Part shown: one piece after another, positions 43,503 to 57,779 of the stretch
Layout of the letters: each line of letters starts with the position of its first letter
Position numbering within the stretch: the stretch's first letter is position 1
Assembly (NCBI RefSeq): GCF_009914755.1
Contig: NC_060932.1
Direction: 5' to 3' (one strand)
DNA length: 64,000 bases
From: the human T2T-CHM13v2.0 reference genome, Homo sapiens
Translations under genes and position numbers: made by a program
Notes under the pieces: model-generated
The model's input: the letters and a program-made list of their open reading frames with translations, nothing else
What the model was told of the DNA's origin: nothing
The model's database searches: none

Positions 43503-44965
43503 CCTCGGCCTCCGCCTCAGCCTCCGCCTCCGCCTCCGCCTCCACCTCCACCTCGTCTCCCACTTTCCACAGTCTCCTTCTGATGCCGAGCGGAGGCTGG
43601 ACTATACTGCCACCATCTCGGCTCACTGCAACCTCCCTGCCTGATTCTCCTGCCTCAGCCTGCCGAGTGCCTGGGATTGCAGGCGCGCACCGCCACGCCT
43701 GACTGGTTTTTGTATTTTTTGGTGGAGACTGGGTTTCGCCGTGTTGGCGCGGCTGGTCTCCAGCTCCTGACCGCGAGTGATGTGCCCGCCTGGGCCTCCT
43801 GAGGTGCCGGGATTGCAGACGGAGTGTCGCTCACTCAGGTCTCAATCTTGCCCAGGCTGGAGTGCAGTGGCGTGATCTCGGCTCACTACAACCTCCACCT
43901 CGCAGCCACCTGCCTTGGCCTCCCAAAGTGCTGAGATTGCAGCCTCTGCCCCGCCGCCACCCCGTCTGGGAAGTGAGGAGCATCTCTGCCTGGCCGCCCA
44001 TCGTCTGGGATGTGAGGAGCCCCTCTGCCCGGCCGCCCAGTCTGGGAAGTGAGGAGCGCCTCTTCCCGGCCGCCATCCCGTCTAGGAAGTGAGGAGCGTC
44101 TCTGCCCGGCCGCCCATCGTCTGAGATGTGGGGAGCGCCTCTGCCCGGCCGCGACCCCTTCTGGGATCTGAGGAGTGTCTCTGCCCAACCGCCACCCCGT
44201 CTGAGAAGTGAGGAGCCCCTCCGCCCGGCAGCCGCCTGGTCTGGGAAGTGAGGAGCGTTTCCGCCCGGCAGCCGCCCCATCCAGGAGGTGGGGGGCAGCC
44301 CCCGCCCGGCCAGCCGCCCCATCCGGGAGGGAGGTGGGGGGCAGCCAGCCGCCCCGTTCGGGAGGTGGGGGGCGCCTCTGCCCGGCCGCCCTGTCTGGGA
44401 AGTGAGGAGACCCTCTGCCCGGCCGCCACCCTGTCTGGGAGGTGTACCCAACAGCTCATTGAGAACGGTCCATGATGACGATGGCGGTTTTGTTGAATAG
44501 AAAAGGGGGAAATGTGGGGAAAAGAAAGAGATCAGATTGTTACTGTGTCTGTGTAGAAAGAAGTAGATATAGGAGACTCCATTTTGTTCTGTACTAAGAA
44601 AAATTCTTCTGCCTTGGGATGCTGTTAATCTATAACCTTACCCCCAACCCCGTGCTCTCTGAAACATGTGCTGTGTCCACTCAGGGTTAAATGGATTAAG
44701 GGCGGTGCAAGATGTGCTTTGTTAAACAGATGCTTGAAGGCAGCATGCGCCTTAAGAGTCATCACCACTCCCTAATCTCAAGTACCCAGGGACACAAACG
44801 CTGCGGAAGGCGGCAGGGTCCTCTGCCTAGGAAAACCAGAGACCTTTGTTCACATGTTTATCTGCTGACCTTCCCTCCACTATTGTCCTATGACCCTGCC
44901 AAATCCCCTTCTCTGAGAAACACCCAAGAATGATCAATAAATACTAAAAAAAAAAAAAAAAAAAA
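43503..44965 (+). mobile_element. SVA retrotransposon (older, SVA_B-like)
   Basis: 5' hexamer-like repeats, antisense Alu-like domain, GC-rich VNTR (~43940-44445), SINE-R (HERV-K LTR-derived), AATAAA 44936 and poly(A) 44946-44965. Confidence 0.96.
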
Positions 44966-45497
44966 GAGGACAATAAATTATTGTTGACAAAAAAAAAAAA
45001 ACAACTAAAATTCATCCATCAACAGTCACTTTGGTGAGATGATGGATATTTTAATTTGCTTGACTATAGTAACCATTTCACTATGTGTAAGTATATCAAA
45101 ACATCATGTTGTACACTTTAAATATATACAATTTGACATTTTTTAAATTAAAATATTGGGGGATAAAAAAAAAGAAAACTTTCTTGATCAATTGAGATTT
45201 GGTCCATTTTTTTCCCCTCTCTTTCACTACACAAATCTCAGGAAAAAATAAACGGTATATTTGTTCGGACTATGGAAAGGTGTGATAGAATGATATTTGT
45301 TCTCTTCCATGTCAATGAGAATTACCAAAAGAGTTAACTTTGTTCATTACAGGTAAAAATAAACTGATAACAAAATAAAATTAGCCAAAAGCTTCTGTCT
45401 GGGATTTATCATGTCACTTCTCTGCTCATATTCCTTCAACAGCTCTTCATTGCCTACCCAATAAATTCTAGATTTTTTTAACATGAAAAAAAAAAAA
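44966..45497 (+). other. SVA 3'-transduced DNA
   Basis: Lies between the SVA poly(A) and the right TSD copy (AGAAAAGCATATAGGA 45497-45512 = 43487-43502). Ends with AATAAA (45460) and an A-run. Confidence 0.9.
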
Positions 45498-45768
45498 GAA
45501 AAGCATATAGGAAAACCAAAATTATGAAACAGCAAAAATACTTTAAAAGAGATATGAGCAAAATGTATGAGAACCCAGAGATTTTCCTGGGGGTAGTCCT
45601 TGAAGGTTTCTCAGGGGAGGCAGCATTTAAGCTGATTCTTAAAAGATGAGTAGGAGTTTGCCAGATAGAGAATGGAAGATCATTCTAGGCAGTACAGCTG
45701 GTTGGTGGCTGGGTACAAAGTAAAACCCCTGTATCCTGCCTCAGTCCAGTACCCATCGCTTTATAACT

Positions 45769-45981
45769 GCCTCCCAGGTTCACGCCATTCTCCTGCCTCA
45801 GCCTCCTGAGTAGCTGGGACTACAGGTGCCTGCCACCACGCCTAGCTAATTTTTTGTATTTTTAGTAGAGATGGGGTTTCACCATGTTAGCCAGGATGGT
45901 CTCGATCTCCTGACCTCGTGATCCACCCACCTCAGCCTCCCAAAGTGCTGGGATTACAGGCGTGAGCCACTGCGCCTGGCC
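45769..45981 (-). mobile_element. AluY-like, lacking 3' end and tail
   Basis: Antisense Alu that starts mid right arm; no poly-T. Confidence 0.9.
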
Positions 45982-46360
45982 GATTGGTGGCAAAAATTTC
46001 TATAAAACTCATGGACTTTGTAATTTTTAAATTAAATGACATTTTTCCTCCAAGTTTTTTCTTCAAGACTAAAATAGTAACTAGGTTAATTACCGTGCTC
46101 TGGGTATATGTGTTAAGGTTATGCCCAGCACAGGGCTCCCAGGCAAGGGTATGAATTGGGAGTGGAGTCCAGCCTGAACTTTCTCAGTCTCAGAAAAGGA
46201 AGCCTTTTCCTGGTGACACTTAGATGCTAACTGGGCTAGCTGCAGTCCTTTAGGTTACCCAAACATGGGTTTGGTCTTCTGTGGGAACTTGGTAAAACTT
46301 AGAAAACCAATTCCAGTTCAAGTTTGGGCTTTTACAAGAAGGATTATTACTCAGTGCTGG

Positions 46361-46778
46361 TGTGTTAGGCCATTCTTGGAGTGCTATAAAGGAATACCTC
46401 AGACTGGGTAATTTATAATGAAAGTAAGTTTCATTGGCTTACAGTTCTGTTGGCTGTACAAGGAAGCATGGTGCTGGCATCTACTCGGCTCCTGGGGAGG
46501 CCTCAGGGAGCTTTAACTTATGATGGAAGGTGAAACAGGAGTAGGGGTCTCACATGATGAGAACAGGAGCAAAAGGAAGAGGGTGCCACACACTTGTAAA
46601 GAACTAGATCTCACGAGAACTCACTCACTATTGTGAAGGTGGCCCAAGGGGAAGGTGCTAAACCATTCGTGAGAAACCTGCCCCCGTGATCCAATCACCT
46701 CCCACCAGGCCCCACCTCCAACACTGGGGATTACATTTCTACATGAGATGTGGGGGAACAAATATCCAAACTATATCA
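46361..46778 (-). mobile_element. MSTA/MSTB MaLR solo LTR
   Basis: TGTGTTAGGCCATTCTTG ... CCAAACTATATCA; perfect 5-bp TSD GCTGG. Confidence 0.9.
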
Positions 46779-47667
46779 GCTGGGTTCTAGTTACACCATT
46801 AGATTAGCTTTGATGCCATGGTAGAGGCAGAATTTGACTTTGGACAGTCTGACTCCAGAGCCCTTGCTCCTAACCACCAAGGTGTGTTGGCTCCCATTGT
46901 GCAATTCTGCCTCTCTAGTCTAAGCATACAAGTCAAATCACGGAATAGCATTTGTGCCTGGAAGGTCCTGTGCTTGCAGTTCTGCCACTCCATCAACCTC
47001 CTGCCCCTGACCAAGTAAAGAAAACTTCTTCCTGGGCTATTTCTGGGAATTCTCCAGGGAGCAGGCGAGGAGATGGAAGTGCTCACACACCTGCCTGTTG
47101 GCAGCACCCAGCCTGTTTCTCTCTTCTATTCTCATTCCCTTCATCAATATCCACGGTTTGGGAAGCTGCTCCAAGGGCCCTCAAGATCACCATGGACAGT
47201 GATATCCTTCCAAACAGTGTTACAGTAAAGAGCAAATACTTGTAAAGCACAGGCACTGCTCTAAGGGCTTTGCACGTAGAACTCATTTGATCCTTTAAAC
47301 AGCCCTGTGAGGTAGATACTGCATTATCCTTCTGTTTTAGGGATGAGGAAGCTGAGGCACAGAGAGGCTAAGTAATTGCTCAAGGTCAAGTAGCAAGTAA
47401 TAACGAAAGTAGCGATGTCAGAGTTGATGGTCTTCAGCACAATGCTGACTGCTAGTGTTCCAAGATATGCTCCTGATGCTTCCAATAGATGAGATGAAAA
47501 AATGGTACTGGGTTCCTTTCGTATGTAAGAAAAAGGGCTTTTTCGCACCTTGGGGCTGCTCTTGGTCCTCTTGACTCCAGGGAACCATCTGTGCTCAGAT
47601 TCTCTCAAAACCTTCAATGTAAAATCTCCTTAAGGTCTTGAATAAATGCTTTCTAAAGGGTATTCAT

Positions 47668-47830
47668 GGCTGGGTGCAGTGGCTCATGCCTGTAATCCCA
47701 GTGCTTTGGGAGGCTAAGCGGGGAGGATCACTTGAGCACAGGAGTTCAAGGCTGCACTGAGCTATAATTGCACCACTGCACTCCAGCCTGGGCAACAGAG
47801 ACTCTGTTTCTAGAAAAGAAGAAAAAAAAG
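47668..47830 (+). mobile_element. Monomeric Alu (FRAM/FLAM-like)
   Basis: Single arm with A tail; TSD GGGTATTCAT / GAGTATTCAT. Confidence 0.85.
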
Positions 47831-48077
47831 AGTATTCATGTTTCCATAAGCGCAGGCAATAGTTTATCTGCATTTATTTACAGGTCAGTTTCCTACGTAG
47901 AAAAATTGAAATCAAACATTGAGCACCTACTCTAGGCCCTGGCAATTCAGTGCTAAGTCAAACAGTACAAATCCCTGTTCTCATGAGAGTCAAATTCTTA
48001 AACGAACAGTTTAGATCTTTGGAGTCATGCCTCCAACATTGGGTCTGTGCTCAGTATTTGAGTGGTTAAGTGGCCCT

Positions 48078-48249
48078 AAGGTGGGCTTCATGGTCTTACA
48101 ACCTGGGATGTTCCACAGGGCCCTGTGCTTAGAAAGGGTATTTGTTTTAATGCTCCACTGCCATCATTTTGGAATTCTTATGAATTTATGAAGAACAGTT
48201 CTAGGTTTTCACTTTGTACTGGGTCCTGCAAATTATGTAGCTGGTCCTA
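48078..48249 (+). mobile_element. MER91A-like hAT MITE
   Basis: GGCTTCATGG...CACAGGGCCCTGTGCTTAGAA...GCAAATTATGTAGCTGGTCCT. Confidence 0.7.
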
Positions 48250-48908
48250 ACTGGCCCTTTAGATCTCCTTGTTTGTAAGGCTGAAACTGTTTGTGGTCTT
48301 AAAATGGCTATTTTTTAATCAAGATTTCAGAGATCGTTGGTCCAAGTTCCTATAAAAAAAAATCATTCAAGGTCCCAAGGTGATGGCTGCAGGGTTACTT
48401 CCTCCTTCCCCTTCTCGCTCTAGGAATTGAGTGTTTTTGCTGTGCATCAATGGGTTCTTGTATCTCTGACAGTAAAGATCACTGAAGTCATGAATTTGCA
48501 TTGATCATTGACTAATAATAAAATATAGCTACACTCGAGGAATAGAAACCTCCCCAAACCATTGACTTGATCTCTTTTGGCATGCTTTGGCTCCTGACTT
48601 GTGATCCATCTACTTTTTCTTTCTCCCATTTTTCAGGTAGTGATGGGAGTGGTGAGCTGTTTGTCCCTTAGATACCACATGAGGCAGAGGGAATACGGCA
48701 GAAATGGAAATAGGAACACCTATGACCCTGCTTTTGGCTAGATTGCGATGTAGGCAACTGGACTCTTAAATTTTTCCATGACCTTTATATCCTACTCATT
48801 GTCTGAGACTCATTTTTTTCTTTCTCAACAATTGCTCTGTGGAAAGTGAAAAAGAGAAACAGTCAACTACTTTTTATAAAAATGCAAATGACCAATCAGA
48901 CTTAATGT

Positions 48909-49123
48909 GGGCCATGGTGGCTCACGCCTGTAATCCCAGCATTTTGGGAGGCCAAGGTGGGTAGAATGCCTGAGACCAGGAGTTTGATACCAGCCTGGGC
49001 AACAGAGCGAGACCCCATCTCTAAAAGGGAAGGTCAGAAGGAAGGAAGAGAGGAAGGGAGGGAGGGAGGGAGGGAGGAAGGAATGAAGGAAGGAAAGAAG
49101 GAGGGAAGGAAGGAAGGAAGGAA
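48909..49123 (+). mobile_element. Alu left monomer (FLAM-like) plus (GGAA/GGGA)n tract
   Basis: Left arm 48909-49025, then a purine repeat. Confidence 0.85.
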
Positions 49124-49614
49124 AATGTGTATTTCTTTTTGTGATATTTTCATTTTAACTTAGTGCCAAAACCATTTGATTATGCTTCAGGATGACGAGC
49201 TGATAGGAGAATTCCAGGCCAGTCAGTAGGGGCTAGAGGTTGTGTGAGGAGGGTTAAGGAGGGTAGTGGGGGGCAGGAAAGGAGAAGTCTTTCCACTGCT
49301 CCGGATTCTCGTTCAGGAGTAGTCCTGAAAGACCACTTCTACCTGGAATAAAATAGAACAGCTTTGTCCTTTTGAATGTGGAGGCGGTAGCCTAGGTAGA
49401 AAAGGTAAACTAAAAACTAGGTCATAGACCTCAAAGCCCCCCCAAAATAAGAAAATGTTTTAAATGGGAACTGGGGCATAAGCATCTTTGTGAATTAGTA
49501 TGGAAGGAGACTCATCCTGTCGCTGTCCTAGTTTGTGCTGTTGTGATTGTCTGTTCTGACGCAGACAGTTCTTGAAGTGGGGGCAAGTCTATCCACAGGC
49601 CTTGCTTCTTCTTG

Positions 49615-50029
<415 letters not shown>

Positions 50030-51253
50030 TAAAAAGCTAGCACAAGGGTGTTGACTGTGAGGGAGCAATAATCTAAGAATGTACATCACAGAGAGACAGC
50101 CGTTCTCAGTCAATTCAACAGACTCAGCTTGCTGGAGCGAACTCCTGGCAGCACGTGAATTAGAGATTGGAGTATCTTGGCATTTTTTTGGCCAAGATTT
50201 TGTTGTGTGACTTTAGGCAAAGGACAACTGTGATTAGAGACTGTAAAAGGTTGGGGAGTGAATGTACCGGAGCTGAGTCTGTTCACTGAGTTTGGGAAGA
50301 TTCTCTGCACTCTGGGGGAACAGAGGAAGCAGCTGCAAGGAGAGAAGGGAGCGGCAGATGGTAGAGTCTTGGAGTTGATTCTGAGGTGCGGGTGGGGGTC
50401 AAGCTTCTCCCTTTGAGGGGAGAAAAGGCAGGGTGCACAGGACCAAATACTACGGCTGTGAGAGGAAGCCTCCCCTCAGCTCAAGCGGGGCTGTAAGTTG
50501 TGGCCCGGACTTCCCCAGAAGAATGGCATGGCATTCTGAGGTCAGTGTGGGGCGTCAGGGTTGAGGGGAATAGAGATAGGATTACATCATCTGTTGGACA
50601 CACGATTTAGTAATAAAAAGAAAGTCCTATGATTTGCCTTTTAGGGTTATAAGATAGATAAATGTTAAAGTATGAATAGCCTCAAAAGATTCAAAACGAC
50701 CATATCGAAACATCATGTACTTTTAGGGGGCATCGTAGGCTCTAGTCCCTGAGTGGAACTACAGGCATGAACCTTCTCACAGGGCAGAAGGCAAGGGCTT
50801 GGCATTGGTGACAACTGAAAAGTGTTCCAGCAATGCAGCAGAGAAAATCAGGTCACGCACAGCAGAAAATTAAGAAAGGATTCACTGGGGTTGGTGTGTT
50901 CATGAGGCAGGGGCATTATGGTAGAAGGGGTAGGAAGGGAGGTGAGGCATCAATTGTCAAGGAAGGTACTGGATCCCTAGGCACTTAGAAGTAAAGTAGA
51001 TCCCATCTGCAAGTCCTGGGCATCTGGAACCTCATGTTGACGCAAGCGCCAATTTGGATAGGGCAGAAGTTTGCAAACTTAGAAAAACTGTGCCAGTAAT
51101 GTTTTTGGGAAACCGTATCATTCCCAGTTTGTTGATCTGAAAAACACTTATTATATAATCTTTTACTGTATCTTTGTACTACCAAATAAGAATAATAAAC
51201 TCAAACCTTCCTCCTAAGACAGTATGTACAAAATGCTTAGCAGAAATATGTTA

Positions 51254-52134
<881 letters not shown>

Positions 52135-52979
52135 TTATCAATAAGGAAAGCCCACTAGGGATGCGAGATAGATGCAGGGCTATTATTACAGTTCTCCATG
52201 AAGTCACAAGGACTTGGACAAGATGTTGCAAAAGAGAACTACTGGAATTGGGTAACTAACTACGTATGGGGGTTGAGGGAGGGAGAAAGCAGGAAGAAGA
52301 GCCATTTAGGGGAGAAAAATAAGGTTTGTGTTAGACATGACACAGTCAAGCTGATGCTAGCTCATATATGTGGGAGCACCCAGCAGACCTGGGGAGAGAT
52401 GGAGACTGAGCTGCATATGAGGGTCATTCTGCTTAGAAACTGGTCACTGAAGTTGTGAGGGTCAGTGAGACCATGAGGGGTACTGGGGCAGGCAAGAGGA
52501 GAATGTAGGTGAGAAGATCAGAGAATACCACAGTTAGGAGGTGGAAGAAGGAAGGAGGGTAGGCAAAGGGTGATGAGGAAGTGGGCCTGAGAAGTGGGAG
52601 AAAAATCACACTATTGCTATATTACAGAAGTGGAGGGAGAAAAATGCCTCCCATGACCAGTAGGCTGGCGAGAGAAAAAAGTCCTTGGACTTGGCAAATT
52701 GAGTTCACAGGTGATCTTTCAGGATAATACAGCTTCATTAGACTTCTGAGAACAGAAGCCGGATTGCAGGGGGTTGAGGTATGACTGATTGCATAGAAAG
52801 TCAGTGATTATTTTCTTTTGTAAAGTTTGACTTAAAATTGTAGTGCCAAAAGGCAAAGATTAAAGTCCGAGTCATTGATGTGGAATTAGTTTTAGGAAGG
52901 CTCTTTGGGGATTTTTGCAAAGTGATAAGTGAACTAGAGAAAGGCAGAAGAGCCTCCTCAATTTTTTTGTAAGCCTTTG

Positions 52980-53250
52980 TAGTTTGTTTTGTTTTGTTTT
53001 GTTTTGTTTTTTTTCTGGACAGAGTCTCGCTCTGTTGCCCAGGCTGAAGGGCAGTGGTGCAGTCTTGGCTCACAGCAACCTCCACCTCCCGGGTTGAAGC
53101 GATTCTCCTGCCTCAGCTTCCCGAGTAACTGGGATTACAGGCACTCACCACCACTCCCACCTAATTTTTGTATTTTCAGTAGAGACGGGGTTTCACCATG
53201 TTAGCCAGGCTGGTCTCGAACTTCTAACTTCAGGTGATCTGCTCACCTCA
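52980..53250 (-). mobile_element. AluS, 5' truncated
   Basis: (TTTTG)n tail and Alu body. Confidence 0.9.
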
Positions 53251-55589
53251 ATGCACTTTCTTATACAGTCCCTTATTTCATCCTCACAAGAGACTTCTGA
53301 AGGCACCAGCATTTCCATATTACAGATGAGGACATTAAACCTCCAAGAAGTTATGACTTGTTCAGCATGTCATAGCTGATCTGTGGCAGCATTGGGACTC
53401 AAATCCTGTCTCCTTGTCCACCATTCTGAAATTTCATTTCAGCTCACAGTTGATAAGCAGCCTTTTAGGCAATGCACTAGAATTTGGGGTCTGAGGGTTC
53501 CTGCTTTTGGCCAAAATTGAATGGGATATGTGGTTACTTCTTGGAGATAAATATTCCATATCTGTTTTGGTGAGGAGGTTGAAGGAGGGGGGAGGATGAG
53601 CCAAAAGTCAGTTGGATTCATGTGGCTCAGAAATGTGAGACAAAGGACATTCACTTTCTCTTACCATGGACTGTAGCTAGAATAGTCATTCTTGGCAGCA
53701 GCTCAGTCTCTCAGTAGGTTAACAAGAATTTACTGAGTATCAGTTGTATGCCTGAGTCCAGAGTGCTTAAGGTACAAAGATCAGGAAAGTCCCATTGAGT
53801 AACAGAACAGAGAGTGAGGCAGAGTTATGATACAAATATACACAATCACTATTGTCATTATAAAAGTGCTTGGAGGAAATCAACAGTCATTTAAAGGTTG
53901 TTTTTAATGTAGTTTTTCCTCTAAATGAGTGGATGCTAGTTGAATAAGATTATTAAATGAATGAAAGACAGTTAATGGAAATATCCTGGAATTAAGCGGG
54001 TTTGGTGGGGAGTTAAATAAAAGGCCTAGAATATATATGTTGGGAGTGGTGATGGAGAGGGAGGCAGGGTTCAGCAGAAAAAGGAAGGTGTCTCCAGGAA
54101 TGTGGACAACATGGACCAACGCTCAGAGGTGGTGGAGTGTAGAACAGATGTAGGAAGGCATCAGAAGGCAGTGTGGTGGAAATGAGGCCTGGGGCTGGGG
54201 TAAGTGAGACATGGAAGAGAGTGAGGAGAGATCAGTAACCAGCTAGTTACCACTTTTCTTCTTTTCCACATCTCTGACAGACACACACCTTGTTCAGGAC
54301 TAAGATTGTGATGACTGTTGTTTGCAATTGTACCTAAATTCTAATTCAGGTACACCTCCAAGCCAATTAACCTAGCTCCCCTGATGAATTTTTACTCCAA
54401 TTCCCTGCCCTCTTATCCCATGAAAATCTTGCCGCAGGGTGAGAGAGATGAGAATGTGTCCTTGCATGTAGGAAAATTTTAGAGTCAACATCAACATCAT
54501 TTTTTGAAAATATAGTACTTTGTGCAGCCAGTAAGTCACAAAACATTAGGTTTTTGAATGTCAGTCAAGCAGGACCCTGTAGTTTAATTTTAAAACAAAA
54601 GAGCAAAGAAATGTCACTTCTATTATAAAGCACTAATTGTTACCATCTTATCCTTTTGCAATCTGTTTAACAGATATTTGTTGCCTTTTATTTTGTGAAG
54701 AAAAGAAATGCTTTTGAAATCTTCTCTAACCTGTCATACATACTTCAATTTTCCCCATCAGATTAGCTTAATGGCACTAGTAACAAAAGAAAAAGGTAAA
54801 TTTTTAGAAAATGACATAGGAATTCTAATGGCATACACATCAAAGTAGGTGATGAAGATATTTATATTTCTTCTTGATGTCAAATCACTGTTTATCCTAC
54901 AGAAGTCAATGTTATGGCCTGTGTAGTATCTGGTCTTTTCTGGTTGCATTGTTTTGCTTATGGATAAAATTTTGAAAGGGCATAAAACAGACAAACAAAT
55001 GTCTATTGGACTTGGGTAGGACGGGGCTTTAATCTGTGACGACTTGTTCTGTTTTATCACTTCTCATATTTTGGCAAACCAGGCTTTGACAGTAGGCTGA
55101 CTCTTCTTGGTTATAATGTTTAGTTCTGCCAAAATATACAGCTATTTAAAAGTAAAATATCAAGTTCCTTTTGCACCATAATTTTTTGCTTAAAATACCT
55201 TGTAGTATTTTAATTGGGTTTCCAGATTGTTGTGTTCTAGTAATGGACACCATATGTTTAAAGAAGCAGTATGTTATAGTGTAGTGGTTAAGAGAACAAA
55301 TAGTGAGTGGTTAAGACATACGAGCTGGAAGTTAGATAGCCTGAGTTCAGATCCCAATTCTGCCGTTTACTATTATGTGATCACGGGCATGTCAGTTTCT
55401 TTATAAACAGGGACAAGGATACTTATCTTATAGGGTCTTGTAAGGATCAAATGAGTTAATACATATAAAATACTTAGAGAAAGTATGGTCCTTAATAAGC
55501 ACTCAGTAAATGTAAATTCTTGTTGAAGGGCTTGGTTTTACTTAATGATCCTGGGGCAGATCCACCACGTGATTCTCTGAAGTCTTTCT

Positions 55590-56720
55590 TGGTATAACGC
55601 GTCTATTGAGATACAATTTACATGCCACAAAATGCATCTTCTTAAAGCGCACAATTCAGTGGTTTTTAGTGTATTCACAGAGTTCTGCAACTATCATTAC
55701 GATCTAATTTTAAAACATTTTCATTGTCCCCAAAGAAACTAGAAATCTGGACCCATTAGTAATGGCTGAATTATTTTATATTCCCACCAGCAATGAATGA
55801 GGATTCCATTTTCTCCAGATGCTGGTTAACACTTGTTACTATTCGTCTTTCTTATTTTAGCCATCCTACTTGGTGTAAAGTAGTATCTCCTTGAGGTTTT
55901 GATTTAAATTTCTCTAATGACTAGTAACGTTGAGCATTTTTTCATGTGTTCATTGGCCATTTGTGTATCTTCTTTGAAGAAATATCTAATAAATCCTTTG
56001 CACATTTTAAAATTGGGTCTAACTTCTTTTAATCCACTGAATTTCTGCTATAATTCTTTTTTTTTTTTTTTTTTTGAGATGGAGTCTCACTCTGTTGCCC
56101 AGGTTGAAGTGCAGTGTCGCGATCTCGGCTCACTGAAACCTCCGCCTCTCAGGTTCAAGCGATTCTTTTGCCTCAGCTTCCTGAGTCCAGGATTACAGGC
56201 GCACACCACCACGCACAGCTAATTTTTGTATTTTTAGTAGAGACAGGGTTTCATCATGTTGGCCGGGCTGGTCTCAAACTCCTGACCTCAGGTGATCCGC
56301 CCGCCTCAGCCTCCCAAAGTGCTGGGATTACAGGCGTGAGCCACCTCACCCAGCCTCCACTACAATTCTTTATACATTTCCTTATAATTTGTCCATTATA
56401 ACTCTATTTCTAGGTAAAAATATAATATTCCAAGAAATTGGTGCACATAATTTAACCATTCATCTGTGGATGATTATCTCTATTTTTCCTGCAATTATAA
56501 ATAATGCTACAACAAATATTATAGTACATATATTCTCAAGTGTTTGTGCTTTTCTATAGGATAGATTTCTAGCAGCATAATTGTACAGTTGAAAGATATG
56601 TATCTAGAAATATTTTTATAGATATGCCAAATTGCCCTCCAAAAAGCTTACACCAATATATACTCCCACTAACAGGGTATGAGGGTACATCTTTCCTTAT
56701 ACTCTTAGATAGACAAGTTT
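55590..56720 (-). mobile_element. Old L1M fragments with an AluS inserted (56057-56356)
   Basis: L1 3' motifs; Alu TSD CTATAATTCTT / CTACAATTCTT. Confidence 0.85.
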
Positions 56721-57344
56721 TTAATGGGGTCATGGGTGAACTAATTTATTTTTCTCATTTCATGTTGTATCTGCAGGAAACCCTATCAACATCGTCTTTA
56801 CATATTTAGACTGCTTTAAGCATAAGCTTTGCATTCAGGAAAAGAGGGAATAATGTCAGCATTATTATGAAGAAGCTTCCCATATCCACTAAGAAAAGGA
56901 CAATTCTTTAATAATTTTAATATGATTTATAAGAACTTTTGCCGTCTGGTTTTATGTTATGGGTATTTTATTTTTCAAATTTTAATGTCTGCATTCTATG
57001 GGATGCTATGATTTATGTTGTATATATGATTGCTACTATTGCTGGGAGGATATAATGGAAATTAAGCAATGTGAACAATTTCCTGAATTATAAAAAAATA
57101 AGTAACCAGTTTGAAAAATGTTAACCTGAATTTTTAAGAAATCAAACTCCTTGCCTCTTAGGAGTTAGTTTACAGAGAGACTTACCTTTCCATGTAAGCT
57201 GGATCCCCTGAACATTTTAAACATTTACATTTTGGACATTTACCTTATACATTTGGAGTATTTAGTATCATTGATAATCAGTATTTCAAATGCCAGCTGT
57301 CCTTTAGTAGTTCAGGAGAAAATAGTGATGCTGTCTTTAAGTCC

Positions 57345-57765
57345 TTTTTTTTTCTTTGAGACAGTCTCACTTTGTCACCCAGGCTTGGGTGCAATGGTGC
57401 CATCTCGGCTCACGGCAACCTCTGCCCCACCAGATTCAAGTGATTCTCATGCCTCAGCCACTCAAGTAGCTGGGATTACAGGCATGAGCCGTCATGCCCA
57501 GCTAATTTTTGTACTTTCAGTAGAGATAGGGTTTCGCCATGTTGGCCAGGCTGGTCTCAAACTCCTGGCTTCAAGTGATCCATTCACCTTGGCCTCCTGA
57601 AGTGCTGGGATTACAGGTGGTGAGCCAACATGCCCAGCCTAAGTTCTTTTTCTTCTTTTTAGAGATAGGATCTCACTGTCTTGCCCAGGCTGGACTTGAA
57701 GCAATGCTTCTGCCTCAGCCTCCCAAGTAGCTGGGACTACAGATGTACACTGTCATGCCTGTCTC
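57345..57765 (-). mobile_element. Full Alu (57345-57640) plus internally deleted Alu arm (57646-57765)
   Basis: Two antisense Alu segments, each bounded by a TAAGT(C/T)CTT repeat. Confidence 0.88.
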
Positions 57766-57779
57766 CTAAGTTCTTAATT

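Noticed and set aside
43831-44500. 206-aa repetitive ORF and ~37-50 bp repeat array (superficially CRISPR-like)
   Set aside because: This is the SVA VNTR. It has no unique spacers and no cas genes, and the context is eukaryotic.
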